A stretch of 64,000 bases of DNA from the NCBI GenBank assembly GCA_004431415.1, contig QPMI01000254.1, positions 33,540-97,539 on the forward strand, in the 5' to 3' direction. Numbering within the stretch: the stretch's first letter is position 1; each line of letters starts with the position of its first letter. This document shows, in pieces, positions 1 through 9,910 of this stretch. The notes beneath the pieces were generated by a model. That model made no database searches, was not told the origin of the DNA, and saw only the letters and a list, made by a program, of their open reading frames with translations. The stretch is from Cyanophora paradoxa CCMP329. Lineage: Eukaryota; Plantae; Glaucophyta. The translations under genes and the position numbers were made by a program.

Positions 1-3000
1 AGGGGGCGGACGGTGGAGACGTCGGGGTCGCCGGCGCGGCGGCCGGCGACCCAGCGGCGCGGGGCGGCGCGCTGGAGGGCCTGGACGGCGACCTGGCGGG
101 CGACGCCGAGGCCCATGCCGCCCCGCGTGCGCGGGAAGGGCCGCCCCAGCAGCGCCAGCGCCGCCTCCAGGTGCTCCCGGCACGCCGCCATCGAGCCCGT
201 CGCGAAGTGCGCCTCGCCGAGCCGCAGCGCCAGCCGCGCCTTCGAGGCCGCCGGGTGCGCCCCCGGGGCGATCGCGAGCGCCCGCGCCGCCAGGGCGATC
301 ACCTCGCGCCCCGCGTGCGCCCGCGCCGCCTCCTCCGCCCCCTTGGAGAGGTACTCGACGGCCTTGGGCGCCACGTCGGCCGCCTCGAAGTGGTGCGCGA
401 GCAGGGCGTAGTAGTCGGGGTCCTCGGTGCCGTACTGCTCCTCGATGAACTCGCCGACGCGGGCGTGGACGGCCTGCGCCTGGCTCTTGAGGAGGAGGTG
501 GTAGGCGACGTCGACGACGAGCTGGTGCTTGAAGACGAAGGCCTGGCCGGCCCCCGCGCCCAGCACCCCGCCCTCGCCGCCGCCGCCCTCGCCCTCGTCC
601 TCGTCGGGGTGGATGAAGTCGGCCTCGGCGAGGCTGTCGAGGTCGTCCAGGAGCGCCTCCCGGGGCACGGGCATCGGGTAGACGCGCCACAGCACCTCCG
701 AGTCGAAGCAGCGGCCCAGCACGGCCGCCACCTTGAGCGCGAGCTGCTGCGAGGCGTCCAGGCGGTCGATGCGCGCCACGATGACCCCCTGCAGCGAGTC
801 CGGCAGCGAGGCGAGCACGCCCCCGCTCTGCGCCGTCTCCAGCTCGAACGTCACCGAGCCCCGCCGCCCCTCCGCCCCGGGGCTCAGCGCCCCGGCGCCG
901 GCCCCGGCCCCGGCCTCCCCGCCCAGCGGGGAGAGCTCGGGGATGCCGCCGGCCCCCGGGGCCCCGGCGGCCCCGGCTCCAGCAGCGGGCTCGGCGGGGG
1001 CGAGGCGGACGGCGCCCTTCTCGAGGAGCATGGAGAGGAGCTCCTCGGTGAAGAGCGGCCGCCCCTGCGCCTTGGCGTACAGGAACTCCACGAGGGCGTC
1101 GGGCGGCTCCGAGCCCAGCAGCCGGTCCGCCACCTGCGCCCGCGTCTCCTCCCGCGAGAGCGGGCCCAGCGCCACCCGCACGCGCGGCGCCCCCTCCCCG
1201 CCCTGCCGCCAGTCAGCTGGCTCGCCGCTCTGCAGAAAGGAAGGTGGGGGCGGCGCACGGCGAGGCGGGCGGCGGCCTCGCGGGCGGGGGCCTCGTCGGT
1301 GCGGAAGGTGGCGAGGATGCAGAGCTGGGGGACGGCCTCCGCCGCGAGGGCCGCCGTGAGCGCCAGCGACGCCGAGTCGGCCCAGTGCGAGTCCTCCAGC
1401 ACCAGCAGCGTCGGCCCCGCGCAGGCGGCGCGCAGGAGGGCGAGGAGCATGGCGGTGAGGTTCTGGGCGCGCAGCTCGGCCCCCATCTCGTGGACGAGCG
1501 GGCCCGCCTCGAAGCGCAGGTCGAGGAGGTCGTTGAGGAGGGCCGCCTTGGGGGCCATCGCCGCCGGCAGCAGCTCGAGCAGCCGCGCCTCCGCCACCCG
1601 CCGCGCGCGCCGCGGCAGCGACGTGTGCGGCGAGGCCTCCGCCGCGGCGGGGGCGTCGGAGAGGCGGGAGGCGGAGCGGGAGAGGAGGCGGGGGGAGGCC
1701 GGGGCGGAGCCGCGCGCGTTGGCGGGCCCCTCGCGGGGCCCCGCGTGGAAGGCGAGGACGTGGCCCCCACGAGCCCCTTGGAGACCGACTTGGAGCTCCC
1801 CGCCGGCCGCAGCGAGCCCGCCGGTGGGAGCGCAGCCGCCGCCGGCGAGAGGGGCGCCGGGGCCGGCGGCAGCGCGGGGGAGCCGTCGGGGAGGGCGAGG
1901 GGCGAGACGGGGTTGGAGACGGCCCCCGGGAGGGTCGGCGGGGGCGTGCGCCCCGCGCGGCGGGGCGGAGGAGGGGCCGGCGGGGCTCGCCAGGAGGGTG
2001 GAGGCGAGGCCGGCGGCGCCGCCGGGGCTGGCGCGGGGGTCGGGGGAGTGCGGGCTGGCCCCGTCGTGGTGGTCCCCGTGCTCGTCGATGCCGGCGAGGC
2101 GCCCCAGGGCGTCGGCGGCGGAGGCGAGCACGGGGCCCACCGAGCCACTCGACGTCGTCCGCGCAAACCGCAGCGAGCGCACGCGCGCGCCCCGCACGCC
2201 GGCCGCCTTCTCCCGCTCCCGCTCGGCGGCCGCGTCGGTCCACGAGTGGACGCTGGTGAAGCTGGCGTTGCGGGGCAGCTCGGCGCCGGGGCGGGGGCGG
2301 GCGGGGCCGGGGGAGGCGAGGGCGTCGAGGGCGGGGAGGGTGTCGCCCTCGGAGCGGAAGAGGGCGAGGAGGAGGGGCCGCCACTGGAGGTAGGGCGCCC
2401 CCCGCTCCATCTCGCTCGCCGCCCCGCACACCACCCGGAAGCCGAGCTCCTCCCCCCGCCGGCACGCCTCCCGCACCACACGCGACTTCCCTGCGCCGCC
2501 TCAGCCGCTGGATCCGGGGCGGGCGGCGGGCGGCGGGGCGGCGGGGCGCGGCGCACCCATGCCGGCCTCCGCCTCGACGAGGATGAGGCGGCTGGCGGGG
2601 GCGGCGCCGGGGGCGGCGCCGGCGCCACCGCCGGCGACGGCGGCGAGGGCGGCGTGGATGGCCTCGGTCTCCTGGGCGCGCCCGCGCATCACCGCCGCCA
2701 CCGACTCGAGGCCCCACGCCGCCGTCGACGCCGCCCGCGTCACGTGCCGCGCGCTCGACGCCACCCGCCGGCCCCGCCGCCGCCGGTTCGCCCGCCCACG
2801 GGCGTGAAGAGCCCGCCGTCCGAGCCGCCCGGCGAGCGCAGGCCGTCCGGCATCGGCTCGACCGACTCGGCCCGGAGCGCCCCGCGGGGCTCGTCAGCGG
2901 GGACCCCCGGGGCCGGCCCCGCCGCCTCCGCCTCGTCGGGGGCGGCGGGCTCCGGGACTTGGTCTGGGAGCCGCGGCGCTGGCTGTGAGTCCGGGAGGGG

Positions 3001-5756
3001 CCCCCGGCGCCCTCCGAGGCCGAGGGCCCCGACGCGGTGGAGGCGGGGCGCCCCGGGGCGACGTCGGCGCTGGGCCGCCGCCCCGCCCCCAGGCCCTCCA
3101 GGCCCATGCTCGAGGGGCCGCCCATCGCCACGCTCATCCGCCGGTCCCGGGGCCGCGTCGGCATGAAGACCTGGCCCCGCGCGGCGGCGCCCGGTGAGGG
3201 GGCGCCGGGGCAAGGGCGGCGGGGCGGGGCGGACCTTGACGGGCTCGGCGATGCCCTTGAGGGAGAGGGGCGGCAGCTCCTTGTACTTGAAGAGCCTGCG
3301 CCCGCGCAAGTCAGCCGAGAGGGAGGCGGATTGGGAAGGGAAGCGGCCGTGGGGCTCGGGCGCACTTGGCGGTGGCGGCGTGCGTCGTCTCGTCGACGAG
3401 GATCTCCTTGCCGGCGCGGCCCATCAGCCGCGCCGCCTTGTTCACCACGGAGCCCACCTGCCGGGGCCTCAGCGCGGGAGGGAGAGGGGCCGGGCGGGCG
3501 GGCGGGCGGGGCGGGCGGGCCATGGCGTATTCGGCGCGGTGGACGGAGGAGGTGTCCCCCACGAGGCCGCAGAAGACGCGCCTGCGGGCCAGCGAGCGAG
3601 CGCGGGGGTCAGGGGCGGGGGCAGGGGCGGGAGGGGCCGGGCGCAGGGGAGGGCGGGCCCCGTGCAGATGCCGATGCTGCACTCGAGGTCCATGTCCTCG
3701 AGGCGCCGCTTGGCCTCGAGGGCCGTCCCGACGGCCCGCCCCGCGTCGTCCGCGAAGCCGTGCGCCGTCCCCGGCAGCCCGAAGGCCGCCAGCAGCACGC
3801 TCCCCTTGTCGTCCGAGACCACCTGCCCCCGAGGCGAGATCACAGGGCCGCCCTTCTTAGCCTTCTCCCCCGACCACTTCTTCTTCTTCAGCGCACCTGG
3901 CGGAGGCTCCCCTCGTGCTCGGCGAGGGCCCCCTGCACGGCCCGCACCGCCCCGTGCAGCGCCCCCAGCGCCGGGCGGGGCGCGGGCGCCCCGGGCCCCC
4001 CCGCCTCGGCCTCCTGCGCGTCCTCCGCCGCCTCCAGCCCGAAGAGCGCTGCGCCGCCGGCCGGGGCGCCGCCGTGGGCGCAGGAAGCAGGCACAGATGC
4101 AGGGCCCCGCGGGGCGGCGCGGGGGCCGGGCGCACCGATGAAGAGGACGGAGGCGGTGCGGTTCTCGGCGAGGAGGAGCTCCGGCTGGCCCCGTACAGCC
4201 TCTTCAGCGCCTGCGCGCGCGCGGCCCCGGCGTCAGCGGCGAGGCGGCGGGCGGGCGCGGCGGGCGGGCGGGCGCGGCGGGGGGCGGCTGCTCGGGGGCG
4301 CACGCTGGCGTTGGTGACGTAGCCCTCGAGGGCGGCGCGCACGCGCTCGCGGCGGGCGGCCTCCATGCCGGCGAGGGCGGCCCCGCGGCGCCAGTCGCGG
4401 GGCCGGAGGGCGAGGGCGGGGGCCGGGGGCGGGAGGAACTCCAGCACGCGGTAGAGGGCGTCGCCGGCCTCCGGGAAGGGCAGCGGCACCGTGTTCTCCC
4501 CGTCCTCCGAGAGCAGCACCGCGCGGCAGGCCCCCTCGGGCAGCCGCCCGTACGCCTCCCGCGTCAGGATCGTCTGCGAGGGCGCCGCCGCCCCCTCCGC
4601 CAGCAGGCACGCGCTCAGCGCGGGGCCCGTCACCAGGAACTCCCACCGCCCGCCCTCGCCCCCCACGTGCGTGCTGCCCGCCTCGTCAGGCGGGGCGCGG
4701 CGGGGGCGGGGGCGGGTGCGGGGGCGGGGCGGGGCGGGCGGGCCAGTAGAAGGTGCCGGTGCCGATGCCGATCTTGACGCGGAGGCCGGGCCCGGCCTCG
4801 TCCTGGGGCATCTCGAGGCCGAGGCCGCGGCGCGTCGTGGCCCCCCCGCGCGCCTCGGAGAGCAAGTCCCCGCGAGAGGCCCGCCGCGCCCCGTAGAGGG
4901 TCCCCGCCGCCCCCGAGGCCCCGCCCCGCCCTCCTCCCTCGGCTGCTGCGGCGCGAAGAGCGCGAGCAGCGGCGCCGGGAGGGCCGCCCAGTCCCGCCCG
5001 AGCTCGGCGGGCCGAGGCGGGCGGCGCCGTGCGGCACGTGCAGGCTCGCCGGCGGGCTCAGCAGCGCCCCGAGTGCGGCGCCGCCAGCGTCTCCGCCGCC
5101 GCCCGCCCAGCGACGCCACCGCCTCCTGCGCGGCGCGAGGCTCGAGCGCCGGCGGGCGCGCGGCGCGGCGGGGGCCGGACCTGGATGGCGGTGGCGGCGG
5201 CAAGCGCGCGCAGGACGGCGGTCTCGGGCTCCTCGGTGAAGGAGCAGAGGAGGGCGTCGCCGAGGAACTTGAGAACGTCGCCCCGGTGCTCGTGCACACA
5301 CATGATCATCCGTCCAAACAGCCTGCGGAGTGTCACGTGCACCGCAGGCGCAGCGGCGCGCGGCGGCGGCGACGCCGCAGCCGGCGGGGGCGAGCGGCGT
5401 GCGCACTTGTTCATGATGACCGCCACGTCCTCGGGGGAGAGCTTCTCGCTCATCTTCGTGAAGCCCGAGGTGTCGATGAACACGCTCGCCGCCTCGATGG
5501 CCCTCTCCTCCCCGCTCTCCCGAGAAGGCCAGCGGTCCTCCGGAGAGGACATGTAGCGCTCCAGCACCACGTCCGGCACGAAGCTAACCGCTACAGTGTC
5601 TCTGTCTACTGTGTCTCTGTCCACTGTGCTCTGCCGTCGTGCTGACGGGAAGCCGCCGGCGCCGGGGTTCTCGGACGCCCGGGGGTCGAAGCTAAGCCGC
5701 CGTGCCGACAACCCGCCGGGGTCCGGTGCGCGCCTTAAATCTGCTAAAGACGCCAT
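1..5756 (-). CDS. Soluble adenylyl cyclase (ADCY10/sAC-like): two class III cyclase domains plus an AAA/STAND P-loop domain; multi-exon, 3' end lies outside the window
   Basis: C1 motifs FIDTSGFTKMSEKL, HRGDVLKFLGDALL and HVGGEGGRWEFLVTG. C2 motifs VSDDKGSVLLAAFGLP, CSIGICTG/VFCGLVG and GSVVNKAARLM..ILVDE. Walker A EAEAGMG|KS is split by an intron near 2490-2537; Walker B is LLVLEDSHWAD. ATG at 5756. Confidence 0.88.
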
Positions 5757-5820
5757 CCTACCTACAGAGAGTGACCGCTGGCTAACTCACCCTAGCACAT
5801 GCTATTTCTCACGCAATCGG

Positions 5821-5994
5821 TGAGGTTTGACGGACGAAAGTTTGGACGAAAGTTGAGGTTTGACGGACGAAAGTTTGGACGAAAGTTGAGGTTTGACGGA
5901 CGAAAGTTTGGACGAAAGTTGAGGTTTGGACGAAAGTTGGACGAAAGTTGGACGAAAGTTGGACGAAAGTACTAGTTGGACGAAAGTTGGACGA
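5821..5994 (+). repeat. Minisatellite: 3 x 33-bp unit TGAGGTTTGACGGACGAAAGTTTGGACGAAAGT followed by 11-bp TGGACGAAAGT units
   Basis: Read directly from the sequence; the same unit recurs at 62631-62757. Confidence 0.95.
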
Positions 5995-6384
5995 TTCACG
6001 ATTGCAGTACCCCTTCACGCCCGCAGAACGGACAGCTGCAGGGCCCTGCGCGAGCCGGCTACGCCGACCACGCCGGAAAACAGCGCTACAGTGAGCATCC
6101 CCGCGCACTGCGCCTTTCAACCCCGCTCACGCCCCGCACGGCCAGCCTCCCGCGAACGACCAGGAATGAACACGGTGCGATACAAACGAGCACGACCCCC
6201 GCTAGCGCACGTATGCTAGCGCTCGCCCCGCCCCGCTCTCGCGCGATCTGGCCCGACGCCATCCCGGCTGCTTTCGCATCTGCCCGCTCGATCGACCGCG
6301 GTCGCCTCTTGCTTTCGCCTTTGCCCGACTGACGTGCGCCCCTCCCGCCCCCGGCGCCAGATCGGCCCCGCCGTCTGGGGTGCC

Positions 6385-6597
6385 GCCGTCCTGGGGCCCC
6401 GCCTCGGGTTCATGAACGAGGGCAACGCGTGCTACGCCATCGCCGTGGTTCACTGCATCGCCGCCATCCAGACCATCGTCGCCGCCCTCGGCGCCGAGAA
6501 CTGGCAAGGCGGCGTCGCGGGACAGCTGCGGGAGCTCGTCTTGCAGGCGCGCGGGGCCGGGGGCGCGGCGCCCCTGGGGAGCTCGAACGCTCGCTAA
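6385..6597 (+). pseudogene. Fragment resembling a ubiquitin-specific protease (C19) Cys box
   Basis: PRLGFMNEGNACYAIAVVHCI resembles the GLxNxGNxCYxNxxLQxL Cys box. No His box or full domain is found downstream. Confidence 0.4.
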
Positions 6598-7251
6598 CGA
6601 GGCGCAGGTGTGCGAGGGGCGTCCCAACAGGAAGGACGGGTGCCCCCCCAGCGCGCAGGGTCCTGCGCGCCCCTTCGCCGGGGTTTCGCATGGATCTACA
6701 CGCGCCCCGCTCTGGCAGGCCACCCAATCCCTCTGTGCGCTCTTCGGCGAGCAGCACTCACATTGGGCACCAGTGCGCCCCCTTCGTCTTCGATTTCGCG
6801 TGTTTTATATAATGAATTTAATTTCGCGCGCGCGGCGTCGCGCAGGCGATCCGCACGGATTGCGATGGCCCCAGTACCCCAGCTTCGATCCGACGCGGCG
6901 CGATGCGGCTCCACCTTACGCACCTTCGGGAGCGGGGGAGGCCCGGTACCGGTCTCCCGGTCCGGGGCTCGTTGGGGTTTCGGCCCCCTCGGGCAGCATT
7001 CCTCTCCCTTAGGGCCAGTCCGTGGCGGGAACGGGCGAGCCTCCGGGCACGGCCCGCACCTCTGATCTTCCGATCTTAAGCACGTAGGGTAAGTAGACCT
7101 AGGTTTCGATCTCGAGCTTCGGCATTCGATTTCGATTTTCGACGTCGCTTGCCCATCTGACTGAGCCCATGGATTCGACCGGCGGCCCACTGCTAGCCAA
7201 ACAGCTACTAGGGCTAGTCCAGATGTCGTTGGTCGTCTCTGAAATGCATCG

Positions 7252-8646
7252 GTGTCACGCTACCGGTATTCGCGTGCGAAGTTGGTGGCCCTCAGCGAAC
7301 TAGCTCAGCTAAGCTATCCGGATAAGATTACAAGCTGCTCGCCCGCCCCGTCAACCCACGCTGCTGACTGCTCCCGGTGCTCCGTCTCCGAGCTTGAAGT
7401 CAGAAGAGCAAGCATACCCCTCAGCGAAATGCAGCCACGGGCGCCAGCTTTCTCCCTCGGCGTCGTTGCAGCGCCACGGCGCGCAATCGAGACATTGCCC
7501 TCAAGTGCACTTGGCAGGCTGACCGCCGAGCGGCCGCGACGGCCGCGCCCGCGCCAGCTGCAGCCGGAGAAGGGCGGCTTTGCGCAGAGGAGCTTCTTCT
7601 ATGTTGAAGGAAACGCCTACCGGAGTGACGCCAGCCACGGCGAGCGCCCCGAGGCTATGCGGGTCAGAAAGGGTTTTTTCTGCGACGCACTGCGAGGCGT
7701 CTGATTCGGATTGGGCCGGGCAGATCGGAGATGTAGATGAGCGCCGCATTTCCTATCCCTGGCCGGCCGACACTCTGCTCTCCCACCTGCAGAACGGGTG
7801 CGCGGCGCGGCCCCTCGTTTTGTACGCGCGTCCTTTCTGCTGACGCCCTGCAGGATCGTCGCTTACGAGGAGAGAACGGCATCGACGTCGTCCGCAGATC
7901 TCGTCGGGACGCAGCTCTCGAAGGCAGCAGCGAAGGCGGCCGCAGAGGCGCAAGCATCGGACGCGCCACCCGCCGGGCCCTCCGCCCCGGCGCAGACGCT
8001 TGAGGCGGTGGTCATCAACGCGGCGTTCGCCGTCAAAAGCGCGGACGAGGTAAGCGTGGAGCTGGCGGCGGAGGAGGCGGCGGACGGGGACGTGGCGAGG
8101 GCCCTGGAGCGGTACCTGAGGACGCTGGAGCTGCACCGGGGCGCCGTGGCGCGCTCGTGCATCTCGGCGTTCACGACGGGCCTGGACGAGGCCGGCGACA
8201 TCGGCCTCGACGCCGTCCGCTTCGGCGTCTCCCTCTCCCTCGAGGACGCCGGCGGCCGCGGCGGCTTCGGCACGGTGCGCGCCGGCTCCCCCGCGCCGCG
8301 CCCCTCCTCCTCCGCCGGCGCCGCCTCGGCTGAGCTTTGGGGCTGCGTGCGGGGCAGGTGGCGCGGCACCTGCGGGGCGTGGCGGTGGACGAGCGCGAGG
8401 CCTTCCTCGAGTTCGTCCTCTGCGCGGGGGACGCCCGCCCCACCCTCACCGTCCGCCCCCCGCCCCCCGCCCCGCTCGCCCCGCCCCGCTGCGCGGCTCA
8501 CGCGGTGGCGGCAGGTGCTGACGGTGCTCGTGGCGTGCCCGAAGCTCGAGCTGCCGGACCCGCGCCGCCCGGGCCCCGACTACGAGGCCGAGGTGCTGGC
8601 GGCGCTGCGGCGGGCGGCGGCCGGGGCGGCCCCGGGGCGGCGCTAG
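7252..8646 (+). CDS. Hypothetical spliced protein; boundaries uncertain
   Basis: Coding-like exons (TLEAVVINAAFAVKSADE..., EAFLEFVLCAG, VLTVLVACPKLELP) are separated by gtgcg...cag introns. No family recognised. Confidence 0.45.
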
Positions 8647-9910
8647 GGCTCGTGGCGCTGCGGAACGACGTGGAGTACGGCGGGGGCCGCGCCACCTCCA
8701 CGCCCACGTCCTCTGGCGGCCCCGCGGCGGGCCCACCCGCGCCTCCTCCCAGTGGCTCGCCCCCTAGCCCGCCCCCGCCCCCGCCCCGGGCCGCCCGCCC
8801 CGCTCCACGCCCCGCCGCCCGCCCCCGCCGCCCCTTGTACAGCCCTCCATTCCTTCTCTTCTTTTTCCTTGCGTTGTTTTCCCTGATCAGTCAGATTGTG
8901 TTCAGGCTCGAGCTCCCTGTATAGTGCCCTCTTGTGCCGTCCTCCCGTTTGCCCTTCTACAGTTGACACCATGGCATGTACAGTCGTTGTAAAATACAGT
9001 GAAGTGCAATACTACTAGTAGGCTACGGTAGGCTCAAGCCGCTGACTCAGTGATCATGAGCGTCGAACTTGGAAGAGAAGGCCGGGCTTCAAGGCTTGAT
9101 CATGATCGTGCTCAGAAGCCTCAGGGCCTCAAAGCCTCAATTGCAAGTTCCAAGTTCGCGATCGTGACTCAGTGAGCCCGAAGCCTTGAATCGAAGCCTT
9201 GAAGGCCCCCAGCCTCAGCTGCCGCAGTGCCGCCAGTGCAGAGGGTGGCAGTGGCAGCCCGGCCAAGCCTTGAACGCTTCCGAAGTTCTCACTGAGTCAG
9301 ATCGCGAGTAACCGAACTCAAGTCGTTGGCAGCGCGCGGCGGCGGCCTCAGCCTGGCAGGGCCGTGCCTGGCAGCTCGCGATGATGATGAACCCGCTGGC
9401 AGCTCGCCAACTCGGCGATCGCGAGTCGTGATGCCATGGCAGATAAATTCGGCAAATTTAAACGATCTCGATCAATTGGGGCATGCTATGCCCCACGGGC
9501 ATAACAGAAAAAACAATGCTGAGAACGATCGCGATCATCCGATACAACGGCCGGGATGCATATGCTGATATACTTAGCCTAGTAGAGCCTACTGCCTGCT
9601 ATCTGGCTCCGAGCCTCCTAGGTTGCGAAGTCGATGAAGCTGAGAATAAGCGACTGTGTAATATAATTACCGAGCTCTGTGAGGCTGTAGATAACGACGC
9701 TGTCCTACCCTAAGCTCAACCCTTCCTAGGCCTAGCGAGCGCGCGCCTAGACGGAAAACCTTTGCAATCATCACATAATACAAAAAAAAATCCAGATCGC
9801 CAGATAGAAACCAGAAAAAGATCAAGGACTAAAGTTACACGATCGGGGCAAACAGCAAGTACATTCTGGCGAGAAAGAGAAATGGGGCGAAAGTAGAACG
9901 GGCTAGGCGG

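Noticed and set aside
171-3166. Long + strand ORFs (740 and 640 aa) and similar Arg/Pro/Gly/Ala-rich ORFs throughout the track
   Set aside because: They are antisense or off-frame shadows of real genes; stop codons are rare at this GC content and no motifs are present.
5821-5994. CRISPR array or hammerhead ribozyme (GGACGAAA resembles a hammerhead stem II/GAAA)
   Set aside because: There are no unique spacers or cas genes and the context is eukaryotic. The CUGANGA core and stems I/III are absent.
7252-7300. eIF4E-binding motif YSRAKLV (YxxxxL-phi)
   Set aside because: The motif is short, there is an in-frame stop just upstream and no ATG; I cannot show it is translated.
9483-9713. Short low-GC ORFs (also 58540-58646) as transposon genes
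   Set aside because: No recognisable transposase or RT motif, and too short to support a call.
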